Assembly: GCA_002269645.1 (NCBI GenBank)
Contig: NIVC01003184.1
Coordinates: forward strand, 1-51,877
Length of the DNA: 51,877 nucleotides
From: Macrostomum lignano
Lineage: Eukaryota
Direction: 5' to 3'
The position numbers were made by a program, and so were the translations under genes. Of the stretch, positions 29,790 through 44,165 are shown one piece after another. Numbering within the stretch: position 1 is the first letter of the stretch; every line of letters starts with the position of its first letter. Under the pieces are notes generated by a model. It did no database searches. It saw only the letters and a list, made by a program, of their open reading frames with translations, and was not told the origin of the DNA.

Positions 29790-32700
29790 CATGACACCTT
29801 CATGTCTGACATGACGCTTCCTTTATTCTACCATGATGCTTCTTAATTTTTTAAATGACACTTTCATTAGTCTTTAAATGAGGCTTCTATGATTTTTCAT
29901 GACGCTTCTATGATTTTTACATGATGCTTCTATGATTGTTTATATGACGCTTCTATGCTTTTTACATGACGCTTCTATGATTGTCTACATGACGCTTCTA
30001 TGCTTTTTCCATGACGCTTCTATGATTTTTTACATGACGCTTCTATGCTTTTTAGATGACGCTTCTATGATTGTTTATATGACGCTTCTATGGTTTTTAC
30101 ATGACGCTTCTATGATTTTTTACATGACGCTTCTATGATTGTCTACATGACGCTTCTATGATTGTCTACATGACGCTTCTATGCTTTTTCCATGACGCTT
30201 CTATGATTGTTTACATGACGCTTCTATGCTTTTTAGATGACGCTTCTATGATTGTTTATATGACGCTTCTATGCTTTTTACATGATGCTTCTATGATTGT
30301 TTATATGACGCTTCTATGCTTTTTACATGACGCTTCTATGATTGTCTACATGACGCTTCTATGCTTTTTCCATGACGCTTCTATGATTGTTTACATGACG
30401 CTTCTATGCTTTTTAGATGACGCTTCTATGATTGTTTATATGACGCTTCTATGATTTTTACATGACGCTTCTATGATTTTTTACATGACGCTACTATGAT
30501 TTTTACATGACGCTTCTATGATTTTTTACATGACGCTTCTATGATTGTCTACATGACGCTTCTATGCTTTTTCCATGACGCTTCTATGATTGTTTACATG
30601 ACGCTTCTATGCTTTTTAGATGACGCTTCTATGATTGTTTATATGACGCTTCTATGATTTCTACATGACGCTTCTATGATTTTTTTACATGACGCTACTA
30701 TGATTTTTACATGACGCTTCTATGATTTTTTATATGACGCTTCTATGATTGTTTATATGACGTTTCTATGCTTTTTATATGACGCTTTTTTATGATTGTT
30801 TACACGACGCTTCTATGATTGTTTACATGACGCTTCTATGATTTTTTACATGACGCTTCTTTGATTTTTACATGACGCTTCTATGATTGTTTACATGACG
30901 CTTCTATGATGTTTATATGACGCTTCTATGATTTTTTAAATGACGCTTCTATGATTTTTACATGACGCTTCTATGATTGTTTACATGACGCTTCTATGAT
31001 TTTTACATGACGCTTCTATGATGTTTATATGACGTTTCTATGCTTTTTACATGACGCTTCTTCGATTTTTTACATTACGCTTCTATGATTGTTTACATAA
31101 CGCTTCTATGATTTTTTACATAACGCTTTTTTATGATTGTTTACACGACGCTTCTATGATTGTTTACATGACGCTTCTATGATTGTTTACATGACGCTTC
31201 TATGATTGTTTACATGACGCTTCTTTGATTTTTACATGACGCTTCTATAATTGTTTACATGACGCTTCTATGATGTTTATATGACGCTTCTATGATTTTT
31301 TACATGACGCTTCTATGATTTTTACATGACGCTTCTATGATGTTTACATGACGCTTCTATGATTTTTTTAAATGACGCTTCCATGATTGTTTACATGACG
31401 CTTCTATGATTTTTACATGACGCTTCTATGATTTTTACATGACGCTTCTATGATTGTTTACATGACGCTTCTATGATCGTTTATATGACGCTTCTATGAT
31501 TGTTTATATGACGCTTTTATGATTTTTTACATGACGCTTCTATGACTTTTTAGATGACGCTTCTATGATTGTTTACATGACGCTTCTTTGATTTTTACAT
31601 GACGCTTCTATGATTGTTTACATGACGCTTCTATGATTTTTACATGACGCTTCTATGATTTTTTACATAACGCTTTTTTATGATTGTTTACACGACGCTT
31701 CTATGATTGTTTACATGACGCATCTATGATTGTTTACATGACGCTTCTATGATTGTTTATATGACGTTTCTATGCTTTTTATATGACGCTTTTTTATGAT
31801 TGTTTACACGACGCTTCTATGATTGTTTACATGACGCTTCTATGATTTTTTACATGACGCTTCTTTGATTTTTACATGACGCTTCTATGATTGTTTACAT
31901 GACGCTTCTATGATGTTTATATGACGCTTCTATGATTTTTTAAATGACGCTTCTATGATTTTTACATGACGCTTCTATGATTGTTTACATGACGCTTCTA
32001 TGATTTTTACATGACGCTTCTATGATGTTTATATGACGTTTCTATGCTTTTTACATGACGCTTCTTCCATTTTTTACATTACGCTTCTATGATTGTTTAC
32101 ATAACGCTTCTATGATTTTTTACATAACGTTTTTTTATGATTGTTTACACGACGCTTCTATGATTGTTTACATGACGCTTCTATGATTGTTTACATGACG
32201 CTTCTATGATTTTTTACATGACGCTTCTTTGATTTTTACATGACGCTTCTATAATTGTTTACATGACGCTTCTATGATGTTTATATGACGCTTCTATTAT
32301 TTTTTACATGACGCTTCTATGATTTTTACATGACGCTTCTATGATGTTTACATGACGCTTCTATGATTTTTTTAAATGACGCTTCCATGATTGTTTACAT
32401 GACGCTTCTATGATTTTTACATGACGCTTCTATGATTTTTACATGACGCTTCTATGATTGTTTACATGACGCTTCTATGATCGTTTATATGACGCTTCTA
32501 TGATTGTTTATATGACGCTTTTATGATTTTTTACATGACGCTTCTATGACTTTTTAGATGACGCTTCTATGATTGTTTACATGACGCTTCTATGATTGTT
32601 TACATGACGCTTCTATGATTGTTTACATGACGCTTCTATGATTTTTACATGACGCTTCTATGATTTTTACATGACGCTTCTATGATTTTTACATGACGCT

Positions 32701-34470
32701 TCTATGATTGTTTACATGACGCTTCTATGATCGTTTATATGACGCTTTTATGATTGTTTATATGACGCTTTTATGATTTTTTTACATGACGCTTCTATGA
32801 TTTTTACATGACGCTTCTATGATTTTTTACATGACGCTTCTATGATTTTTACATGACGCTTCTATGATTTTTACATGACGCTTCTATGATTGTTTACATG
32901 ACGCTTCTATGATTGTTTACATGACGCTTCTTTGATTGTTTATATGACGCTTCTATGATTTTTTACATGACGCTTCTATGATTTTTACATGACGCTTCTA
33001 TGATTGTTTACATGACGCTTCTATGATTTTTTTAAATGACGCTTCCATGATTGTTTACATGACGCTTCTATGATTTTTTACATAACGCTTTTTTATGATT
33101 GTTTACACGACGCTTCTATGATTGTTTACATGACGCATCTATGATTGTTTACATGACGCTTCTATGATTGTTTACATGACGCTTCTATGATTTTTTTAAA
33201 TGACGCTTCTATGATTGTTTATATGACGCTTCTATGATTTTTACATGACGCTTCTATGATTTTTACATGACGCTTCTATGATTGTTTACATGACGCTTCT
33301 ATGATCGTTTATATGACGCTTCTATGATTGTTTATATGAAGCTTTTATGATTTTTTACATGACGCTTCTATGACTTTTTAGATGACGCTTCTATGATTGT
33401 TTACATGACGCTTCTATGATTTTTACATGACGCTTCTATGATTGTTTACATGACGCTTCTATGATTTTTACATGACGCTTCTATGATTGTTTACATGACG
33501 CTTCTATGATCGTTTATATGACGCTTTTATGATTGTTTATATGACGCTTTTATGATTTTTTACATGACGCTTCTATGATTTTTACATGACGCTTCTATGA
33601 TTTTTTACATGACACTTCTATGATTTTTACATGACGCTTCTATGATTGTTTACATGACGCTTCTATGATTGTTTACATGACGCTTCTATGATTGTTTATA
33701 TGACGCTTCTATGATTTTTACATGACGCTTCTATGATTTTTACATGACGCTTCTATGATTGTTTACATGACGCTTCTATGATTTTTTTAAATGACGCTTC
33801 CATGATTGTTTACATGACGCTTCTATGATTTTTTACATAACGCTTTTTTATGATTGTTTACACGACGCTTCTATGATTGTTTACATGACGCATCTATGAT
33901 TGTTTACATGACGCTTCTATGATTGTTTACATGACGCTTCTATGATTTTTACATGACGCTTCTATGATTTTTTACATGACGCTTCTATGATTGTCTACAT
34001 GACGCTTCTATGATTGTCTACATGACGCTTCTATAATTGTTTACATGACGCTTCTATGATGTTTATATGACGCTTCTATGATTTTTTACATGACGCTTCT
34101 ATGATTTTTACATGACGCTTCTATAATTGTTTACATGACGCTTCTATGATGTTTATATGACGCTTCTATGATTTTTTACATGACGCTTCTATGATTTTTA
34201 CATGACGCTTCTATGATGTTTACATGACGCTTCTATGATTTTTTTAAATGACGCTTCCATGATTGTTTACATGACGCTTCTATGATTTTTTACATGACGC
34301 TTCTATGATTTTTACATGACGCTTCTATGATTTTTTACATGACGCTTTTATGATTTTTTACATGACGCTTCTATGACTTTTTAGATGACGCTTCAATGAT
34401 TGTTTACATGACGCTTCTATAATTTTTACATGACGCTTCTATAATTTTTACATGACGCTTCCATGATTTT
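29790..34470. repeat. 22-24 bp satellite CATGACGCTTCTATGATT(G/T)TTTA, ~4.7 kb
   Basis: About 200 copies, with a ~1.0-kb internal higher-order duplication (diagnostic variants at 30759/31764 and 31073/32077). Confidence 0.98.
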
Positions 34471-35154
34471 TTAGTTTTCTTGGCGTTAAAAAACTTTAAT
34501 TAAAAAAACTCTCTAAAAATTCGAACCATCGTCCCTGCATTTAGCAGTCAGTCTGTTTACCTCTAGGCTAGCTCTCATCGTTTTGATAACATCAAATTTT
34601 GCACTTATATAACTCAACACTTTTAAATCCAAGCATAGAGTAAATCACACGAAGCAGTTATGACATAATCAGTTTCTCACTCAGTCAGTATCAGTTAACA
34701 ATATGGTTACGCAATTTAAATCAAGTCTGGTGCTACGCTTCCACACTGCATTTTCAATTCAAGTCGGAGTTACAATTCAGTTATGATGCAATCTATTTCA
34801 GAATCAGAATTCAACCAGTCAGTTTTTTCTCTAGCATTCTTACAATGCATTTCAAGTCGAAAAGTTTGCTTGACCTTTGCAAAAAAGCATGTTTTTCGAA
34901 TATTTAATCCCTTTAACATGGAGCAATTTCTTAGCCAAGATGCATGTACCGTCCCAGGAAAATTTCTGATCGAACAGTGCAAGTCTCATGAAAATCGGTT
35001 AAGCCATTTTTTCTCTAATCGATTACAAGCAAGCAAGCAAGCAAGATTTTCATTTTTAGTATATAGGAGATAGTATGACATATTGCCCTTTTACTTTGCC
35101 AATTATATATAAAAAATCTAACAAATAATAGCCGGATATGACTAACCTAATTAG

Positions 35155-35245
35155 GTCCACATGGATAATGGCAGAACCTTTGCTAGCAAGAAATTCAAAG
35201 CATTATGTGAAATTTACAATATCTGCTATATATTCACCCTACCAT
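35155..35245 (+). pseudogene. LTR-retrotransposon integrase core fragment
   Basis: MDNGRTFASKKFKALCEIYNICYIFT matches the rve motif DNG..F.S..F..lc....I...ft. Confidence 0.6.
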
Positions 35246-36289
35246 CTGCCCTCATTGTTGTGCAAACCAGTCCCAATGTACCACAGGCTTTTTCCTACAT
35301 TTCTTACTCTTTGGTAAATAAGTTAGGTTGCCCTAAACATGAAATGAAAAAATGGTCTGTAATACATTAATTAATGTAGTGGCAATACTATGCTACTTAT
35401 AGTAAGAGTTAATGCAATTGACATACAATAACCTCTAAGTCTAAAGTGATCCACTTTCTAAATATGAGAAAATTATAATTTTAATATAATAACTCGTAAA
35501 TTATACTGAGTTATTGAACTTCCTATGGTCAATTTATATTTTTTTTATTGCATTTTTTTCAGGATGAAGGAAAGAGTATATTTTAATTTTCTTTAATTTC
35601 ATTTAGTTTTAGAGTTATATATACTTGAAGTAGTAACATTTTAGCATATTCCAAAATTTCTCACATATTTTACTGATCTCATAGAAGTCCTTAGCTATAA
35701 GGGGCATTTTTAGCATAAACTATTAGAGCATTTATAGGACCCACTTACAGGGTGAATATGCCTTTTATTTATAGACTAAGTACTAATAAATATTTTGCAA
35801 GTAAATTATAGTTTAGCACTTTAGCAGGCTATAGCAAACACCTGCTAAAACAATTATTGTCATTTCATACAACATATTGTGCAAGTCACCTAAGAATTTT
35901 TCTGACTATTGTCTAAGTGTCATTGTTCTGGCTTTTTACTCCTACATTCATATGTTTTCTTATAACTAGCTTTCTCAAGGAATTTGTTTAACTTTGGATA
36001 TTGGCATAACTGATAGAGAGTGTCAAGCAAAGAATACAAATATGGTCCTATTTTTATCATTCTGCATCACAGACTAAGCATATGACCACAGATACTAGAA
36101 TAACTAGATGGGCCACTCTGCAAATTTGCATGTAAGCTACTTTCAGTTCAGTAGTAAGTTAAACAGAAGCATTTTAATTCATTTTTAAAGCCACGGCTCA
36201 TTTATTGGTTCTTACCCCCCTCGCTTAAACCCTCTAACTGCGCCTTTCCACACTACCCCCTGCCCTGCCCAAATTTTTATTGCCTTTCT

Positions 36290-38450
36290 TGGAATTCCAG
36301 CCTAAAGCTGCCATGTACATTTCAGTGGACTGGCCAATGTACATTATTGCTGAACCAATTAGCAAGCTGTTTACGCCTGCAAGCTTTGGGCTTCTAAACT
36401 TATCAGTCGTTTCAGCCGCCTTTATTTTTATAAAATGGCTTATGTATTCTTCTTTGCTACTGAACTGAAAGTAGAAAGCTGTTTTACTAAGTACCTATGC
36501 CTGAGTGGCCCATCTAGTTCTTTTAGTATCTGTGCATATGACCATATGCCAGCAAATGGAATTTCTAAGCAGCTTAGCAGACTCAGTGAACTTTTTCAAC
36601 ATGCATCAAATCAGTAAGTTTTGAAGCTCTAAAATTTATTTTGACTTTTCTTATAAAGAAATATTCTCAAAGTATAAAGCTGAAATCTAATATTTAGCCA
36701 CAGCTTTGACACTTTGCATTTTCATGAAAATCAACTTTGCTTATTTACTAGTGATTTTCTTAGTATCAACTTGTTAGATTGATACAACTATTTGCAAACT
36801 AATACATATTCTATTCATTAAGAGAAATTTCTATAAGAAGCCATTCATTTCCTAATAGATGCTTTAGAATTGACTGGAACTCTACAGCAATTGTACAATG
36901 AGGCTTCCAAGTGCCAATACTATGCTCACTATGCCAGCTAGATATCTATAAGTTGCAAAAGCAATTCTACTATCTTATTCCTCCTTCCTCTTTGAAGCAA
37001 AGTAGAAAGCTCATTGATGGCTATAATAAAACAATCAATAATGGACTTAAAGTTCTTGATTTTAGCTTATTTTTATTTTAGCTTATTTTGATTTTAGCCA
37101 AATGATAACTAATCTAATATATTTATAGTTACATCATATAATTCTTTGCTTTACCAATGAAAAATCAATTGTGCCTTATTCCAGCTACAACATAATGTCC
37201 ATTATTATAGATAGCACTATTATAGTGTAGTGAGTCGTTAGTTTAGTTAGGCGCCGCACTAGTCAGCTGTTGCCCTCGCCCTCGCCCCAGGTTTCTGTCT
37301 GCCGCTGGGCAGTTGCTTGTCCCTCCCACCTGTCCTCTGGCCTGTCCCTTGCCCATTTGCCTGTCAGTCTGTTTGTCCTCGTTTGCCCCCTTTTGTTTTG
37401 TTTTCCCTTTTTGCAGTGCCCAGACAGCTTGGTCTGGCCTGCCTCTGTTTTGTTCTCTGTCAGGCATCTCCAAATTTGGAGTGCCTTTCTGTTTTCCAGT
37501 CCCACGGTCATGAGTGCCTTCACTTGTGGGCCTTTTCCCCTTGTCATGTGAGTCAGTCACATGACAAGGCCTTCTTGCTTCTTTAGTCCAAAGTGCAATG
37601 ATTTCATTATTGTACGCTGGGCTCGTGTTTATGGGGAGATCACGTGCGCCCCCCCCTTTGCCTCCTCTAAGGCAGGGCCCACTTGTTTGTTGCTAAAAAT
37701 AGCAACAGAGTCACTTATGACTCTCAGCGGGGGCCTTTCATGCTATGGTGCAATCAATCCTCCATATAAATGCAGCCCCTCTCATGGCTTGGCTCAGGCA
37801 GGCCTTTCCTCCGTTCTAGAGCTCCAAACCGGTTCTCCTCGTCTAGCGAACACTCTAAGTTTGTGTGCCAAGTTTGCGCTTAAATTGAACTCCAAAACTC
37901 CCGACTTTGCGTGTGCCTGCTGCCGTGCTCCTGCTATCCATTAGCAGGCCAGCTCAGATTGCCTGAAGCTAGCACTTTCGCTCTCACCCCGCACCAGCCC
38001 AGCAGGGACTGCTGACGGTGGGCACCTCTGCTAAATCTGCACGAAGTGCGAGTCTCTTTCTCTCGTCTTAGTTATTTGCTTTTACGAGCTCAGCATCTCA
38101 CTGAAGGCTGCGACTCTGCGAAGCTGGTGGCAGCACTACCAACGCTACTAGATCAACCCAGAGACTTCCCAGAGGAGCTCAAGGTAGGCAGCTCACGTGA
38201 CTGACAGGGAAGTAACCGGAACCAACCAAACACTTCAATAGCATTATTATAGATAGCATAGTCTGGCATAGGAAAGAGGACATCTAATGCAGTTCAAACC
38301 TTGGCTACAATATATAGCAATTGTGTATATTAAAACAGACTAGAATACAAGGTGATTGAAATTTCTTATTTTCCAAATTCCAGACTTTCCTTTCATTTTT
38401 ATATTTTGAAAGCTTCCCACTTCCTATATTCTATAACTTCCATATACTAA
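36290..38450 (-). mobile_element. Heavily decayed Penelope-like retroelement (RT + GIY-YIG), interrupted by a solo LTR
   Basis: Minus-strand remnants: ALDV (38279-38290), F.EEE...IAF (~36950-37000) and GV...YIGQS (36327-36341). Many stops. Boundaries approximate. Confidence 0.5.
37226..38237 (+). mobile_element. Solo LTR 1 (Ty3/gypsy type), 1012 bp
   Basis: Termini TGTAGTG...CACTTCA, 4-bp TSD ATAG (37222-25 and 38238-41), TATA-like CATATAAAT near 37762, and GC-rich against AT-rich flanks. Confidence 0.85.
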
Positions 38451-38735
38451 AAATTCCTTATTCTCATTTGCTATATTTTAATCAAAAACCTTCATTCTTT
38501 ATATGTGCTAATTATATATTTGTTATCTAATTCTTATTATTAGTAGTAATAACACTAATGTGCTTTTAAATATTAAATGCTTTCTTTTGCTTGGCTTTTA
38601 TTTTTGCATAGGCTTAGCCAAGGGTAGGCTAGCAATTTTATATATTAATCAGTTTATTACTTTATGTAAATTTTATTTGTTATAATTGTTGACTATAAAA
38701 ATAACTGTCTTGCAGCTTGCTATTTATATAGTCAC

Positions 38736-40280
38736 TGTAACAATAATAACCACCATTTTAATTAGACATTTTAATTACTAACTTTGTAATAATGGTACTT
38801 TATTGCTAGGAATTGTTTTTAAAACTGGTATACAATTAATTTCTTTTGTTTTAATATGTAAAATATTTTTGAGTTTAAAATTTGTTTTAAAAATATATCC
38901 AATCTAACTAGTATAAAAAGGAGCAAGGTTTGAGGAGAGGAGACCAACTTGTTTTTACTTGTTTGTTAGCTATAAGCTCAAATGTGTGTTGATAACTCAT
39001 TCTTAGATCATTGCTTATTTCTTAGAATTCTAAAAGTAATGCAAAGAAGGTTTTCAGAAATTTGGGAGTTGGGAACTAAGAGTAAGCACTGTGACTTTCT
39101 AAGCTTGGTAATACCCAGACTGGAGGGAAAGTACATGTACTATAAGATTGCTCAGGCTATATAGTATACAAATGCTACTAGAATGCTACTAAGAATGCTA
39201 TCAGAACACTGAGTGATAGAGTGATACCAGAGTTAGGAATTAGAAGTTAGGATTAATAGGATATTTACAGAGAGAAGAATCAGCACTGTTACAACTTTGG
39301 TGACAGCAATGAGATCATTATAGAAGACAGAAAAATATACAGTATTACAGCTGGTGGCAGCAGTGTGATTTATAAATAGAGAGGAAAAAGAACTAATTAA
39401 AGAACTAGAAGATTTAATCTTACCTAATTGTTTATAAAATTTGAAATGTTATACATAGAATGAATCTATAAATGCCATATTAATCAATATAAAAATGTAA
39501 TCTTTAATTTGATACTTTACTTGAGAAAATCTGTCAAAAAAATAAAAAGTTATAAAAAGAAAAAGAAAATCAATAAAAATTCAGCAGTCAATTATGTCAA
39601 ATCTGGTTTACCCTACCCAAGACCCGCATATAACACATTGATGCAGTCTAGTTTTTTGGCCGACAGCCTATAAATAAGAACCCCTTGACTGCCAGGAAGC
39701 CCATATTTCACACATCCAAAAATCAATTCCAAGACCCCTTTGAAGATCTATACAAAGAATTGTGCTAAGAATTGAGATGGATAACAATGACAATATCAAT
39801 TTATTTCTCCAAGCTTTACCAAAGAACAATGGTCAACTAGAACAACCAGAGCAAGAGCAACAAAGATCAAGAAGAGCATGAAAGTGAGAGCAAAAAGAGT
39901 GCGAGAGACAAGAGTGTGAACAGCATGAGCAAGACTGACAAGAGCGCCAAGAGATTGAGGCCCTGATGAGGCAATTGACAAGTTCACTAGCAACGGCTCC
40001 CAAGCAACAAAGGCCAAGTTCACTAGCGTCCACTACTAGTCAAGCCAATGGGCTGGAAAAGAAGAGGGCCATCTTGTTAGAGCACCAGGCGGCCACCCCA
40101 GTCAAGTTGTGTGTAATACAGGCTAGAGGCACTTGTGATCGTGCTGTGCAAATGGCCATTCCTACAGAGGTGCCACCTTCTAGGAGGTCATCTCAGCCAT
40201 CTTGCCCCAACTGCTTCAATGCACTTGTTGTAACAAGGCCTGCCTCAAGATTATCAATCTATCATTTACCAACTAACTAA
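38736..40280 (+). mobile_element. Truncated LTR retrotransposon: LTR, tRNA-Leu PBS modules and decayed gag N-terminus
   Basis: TGTAACA start (tentative), TATA GTATAAAAAG near 38910, PBS TGGTGGCAGCAGTGTGAT at 39352-39369, and an E/R/Q-rich coiled-coil remnant at 39850-39970. Confidence 0.6.
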
Positions 40281-40810
40281 AGTCTGAGACACCAAGATTG
40301 AGTGCCCACACTATGGCATTCATCAATATCTGCTAAGAATTGCTTTCCTAAGACTAGAGAAAGTGCTGCCACAGAGCCATGGCCTATCTTGAATCATTTG
40401 CCCATGGGGCATAAAATAACCAAAGTCTTAACTCAAATAAAGCTCTGAGACCCTTTACATTCCATAATACATAAATTACGGTGGTGGCAGCAACTACCCT
40501 ACTGAAAAGTAACCAGCTTAGCAAATTGACACATTAATTTACAGTGTCAGCAATATCTAGTGTTTCTATATTTGAATGATTGTGCCACTCTACGACCACT
40601 TTGCTACGATTACGACTACCCTCCCCCAGACTTGAGAACCTAGCTGTCGGAGTAAAAGGAGAAGAAATTTGTTGTGATTCCTCTGCGCGATTTTACAGCT
40701 TTATTTCTGCAACACTAACCAGTTTCGAGGAAATGCCAATCCCAATTTTCAAATTATTTATTTTCTTTCTCTACCCCCACTTCACTGGTGTCAGCTAAGT
40801 GAAATAACGA

Positions 40811-41862
40811 GATGCCAAAACCCTTTCAACGAGTTGTTCAAATGCTACACTACTATGGCTTCAACTAGTAATTCAATGGCTGCGGATGCGACAGCCAACT
40901 TCGCGGGCCCCAACAACTTAACTACAAGACCGACCTATGACAAGATGATTTGCGCGGTGACTGAAGACGTGCGCCAGCAACTAGAGTAGACCAGCCTAGG
41001 CCAGCCGCAACATTATCATCACGTGTACTAGCAGCCCCAGCAGCAGGATCAAGCTCCAGCGCCGAAGCCAGTCAAGATTCAGCGGTACATGCAGAACCAG
41101 GAATTTGACATCTGGATCCAGGCTCATCAGGATGGAGCTGCCAGACAATTTGACGTTTGATAAGTTCAAGCAACATTTGTCTGAATGCTTTACGCATCTG
41201 GCCGACACGCTGGAGTATTGGGAGCAGTTCTGAAGCTGCCAGCAAGGCAAGAACGAGAGTGTGGACAACTACAGTGATTGACTAATTGCTTTGGCCAATC
41301 GAGCATTCCCGCATTTTACCCCGGTTCAGAAGCAGGCTGAACTGGTGGATCAGTTCACTGTGGGAGTGTGGATTGCTCAGTCGGCGAGAGAACAGCTAAA
41401 ACTAGTGCGACCGCAGAATCTGACCATAGCAAAACAGGCCATGCTACGTTTGGAGACAGCAGCAAGTCTGGCTTAGCAAGTAGCACCGCCGCCAGCAGCG
41501 AGACATGTCCGGGTAATCGGTTGCATGAAGTGATGGAACAGCAAACTGAGACTCTTCAAGAGCAGCAACGAATACTGGAGACTTTGAGTAATGAAATGCA
41601 ATAGTTCTACTCACAGGATTGCGCGACAACAACACCCCGGAGCCATTAGAGCCTCACCATCAGCTGCAGGACGCCTGGAGCCAACGCAACTTGTTGGTAC
41701 CCACAACTCCTCACCGCAGCGCTGACAGAAGCGCCCAATTTATGACAACCGGCACACGAATATTGCGCAGCAACCGTTCCATTGACTTCAGCAACCACAA
41801 GATGGCAGCAATCTGCTGCCAAGGACGCCGCCAGCTGGAGGTCAACGTCAACAGCAGCAGCA
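40811..41862 (+). pseudogene. Ty3/gypsy gag remnant
   Basis: ANRAFPHFTPVQKQAELVDQFTVGV...LKLVRPQNLTIAKQAMLRLE is a typical metazoan gypsy gag core. Multiple stops and frameshifts. Confidence 0.75.
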
Positions 41863-43161
41863 AACTGCTGCTGTCACCAGGACAGCCTGGTGACCACCTT
41901 TAAGGCTATGAAGCTCAGTGTCTTTCACTATGTGTCGCCAGCCTGACAACCCTGGCCAACCAAGTTGCGCACAACCTCCACCGAGGCACTCCACCTCAAA
42001 GCTGGCATCTGCACCGTTGCCACCATGCACAATCAGCTGTCTGGCGGCCTACAAGAAAGCGCTCCACCTCCTCAGAGACCACCCTCGCTTCCGTGCTACC
42101 ACGGCTGAGGTTCTGCACCGCACAGCCAGGAGTAGCTGGCGCCTTTGCACCTAGCAGCTCTTGGCAAGTATGCTGGGAAACCTCAACCATAGGGAGCCTT
42201 TGCCGCAGCTCGCATGGTGCCCCTGGCTGCGTCCAGCCGCGGGCCACTGAGTCGTATGCCAGTTGCCAGCAATCGCGGATGCGCAGCCTCTGAGCTAGGA
42301 GGACGCTAGAAGCAGAGTGGAGGCTTCCATCTGTGAAGCAGGAGCGGACTGGGTCTTGTACACGGACGGCTCAGCAGCAAGAGGCTGCCTAGATGGAGGC
42401 GCAGCCTGCGTTATCACTAAAGGCGACCTGACCGCTCCCGAGATCCTGGATGTCGTGGCAGTACGTGGAGCCTCGCCCACCTGCAGCTTTGACAAGGAAA
42501 GATGCACGCTTGGTCTAGCTATTAACTGGCTCAAAGCCCACTGTGCACCTGGCAGCGTGCTCATCTGTTCTGACAACAGGGCACTCCTGGACGCTCTTCT
42601 TAGCTCCCGCCCAAATTGCCTGCTCCTGGACCTCTTTTGCGCTACTGCATCCATCACACTTCAATGGGTCCCAGCACACTGCGGAATCATCGGCAACAAG
42701 GCAGCGGAAGCAGCTGCCAAGGCTGCTGCTGCTGACGTCACTGCCGACACCGCTGTGGCCGCCATCTCTTTCCGCAGTGCAGCGGCAGCGATTTGTTGGG
42801 TGATCAGCGACCCTCCGCTGTCCCATGCTTGCACCGCCGCTGTCTACTGCGCGCTTAACTGCCAATAGGATTGGCAGGAGTTGCTGAATTGGCAGGATGC
42901 ATTGCTCCTGGCTAGACTCCGTGCTGGACATTGCAGTCTTCTTCGGGCCTATAGCAGCATTGTCAACCCGACTGCCGACTCCGTTTGCCACCGCTGCGGA
43001 AGAAGACCTTAGTTGCCCGCCCTCTGGCATCTGAGGCTTTTGATTTTCAACACGGACAGACTGGACCTCGGGTCCTGACCACCGCCCTAGCGAGGTTGGT
43101 GGCGCTAGCGAGACACAGTCTCTGACTGTCCTCGGTGCCTTTGCCCCAACAACAACACTAA
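41863..43161 (+). mobile_element. 5'-truncated non-LTR retrotransposon (I/Ingi-like: RT thumb, RNase H, Cys knuckle) with (CAA)n tail
   Basis: LYTDGS...ICSDNRALL...LQWVPAHCGIIGNKAAE is a non-LTR RNase HI. LARLRAGH...CHRCG follows. CAA tail at 43147-43161 and a 14-bp TSD CAACAGCAGCAGCA (41849-62 and 43162-75). Confidence 0.9.
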
Positions 43162-43737
43162 CAACAGCAGCAGCAGCAGAGTTTAAGGCTGCTGCCTTAC
43201 CAGCTGCGGCAACAAAGTGCAATGTGCTACAGGTGCAACCGCAAGCATCATGCTGATGAGTGCCTGCACCGGCGGTACACTTTGCTACACACAAACTGAG
43301 GCTACCACGTGCAGAATTTATATAGCCGAGAGCACTGCACTACTGTGCCACCACTATCATCAGCCCGAATAAAAATTAAGCTAGCTAAAGGACAAGAAGA
43401 AAACCAGGGTACACTTGCGGTGATTGAGCCATTAAAACCGGCTTGGTGAAAAGAAGATGTGCAGCATCTGGATGCCACGCCTGCACTAATATCTATGGCT
43501 AATGGAGAAGGTGCTATCGAGATGATTAATCGAGGAACAACATTAATCAAAGTATGAGTGAATGCCCTAGTCGGGATTGCTAGACCAATCAGACTGCCCA
43601 AGTTACAATTCTTTCTGCTGCCTAAGCTAGAAGCCTCAGTCAATCAAGTCCAAGACAAAGATCCTAACGCTTGGATCAAGGAGATTGACATTGGCGAGGA
43701 CTTGTCCAATGACTAGCACGCTCAAGTCATTGAGCTA

Positions 43738-44165
43738 TTGAAGAAGTACAAGACCATCTTCTCGCAGGGGCCACATGATCTTGGCCGAACCTACCTGGTC
43801 ACCCACAACATCGTATTGAAGGACAAGGATCCTATACATCTGCCGACCTGGCGGATTCCGCCGCATCTACTGCCTAAGGTGGACCAGCTACTTGAGGATC
43901 TGCTTGCCAAAGACCTGATTCGACCAAGCTTCTCCAGCTATAACACCCGCTGGTGATCATCCCGAAGAAGGACAGCAGCCTAAGAATTGTACAAGATTTC
44001 AGGAGTCTGAACCAAAAGTGTGAGTACTTTCCATACCCGATTTCTAATATCCAAGAAGCATTCGCCAGCCTCGAAGGAAGAAAGCTATTCAGCACGTTCA
44101 ACCTCAATAGCGGCTATTATTAGATTCCACTGCATCCAGAGGATCAATATCTGACTGCCTTCGTA
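43738..44165 (+). pseudogene. Ty3/gypsy reverse transcriptase N-terminal part
   Basis: IFSQGPHDLGRT..HNIVL..PIH...RIP...IRPS.S...VIIPKKDSSLRIVQDFRSLN...SGYY*IPLHPEDQYLTAF. It then jumps directly to the integrase C-terminus (internal deletion). Confidence 0.92.

Noticed and set aside
29932-30454. Hydrophobic repeat ORFs MIVYMTLLCF
   Set aside because: They are translations of the 23-bp satellite.
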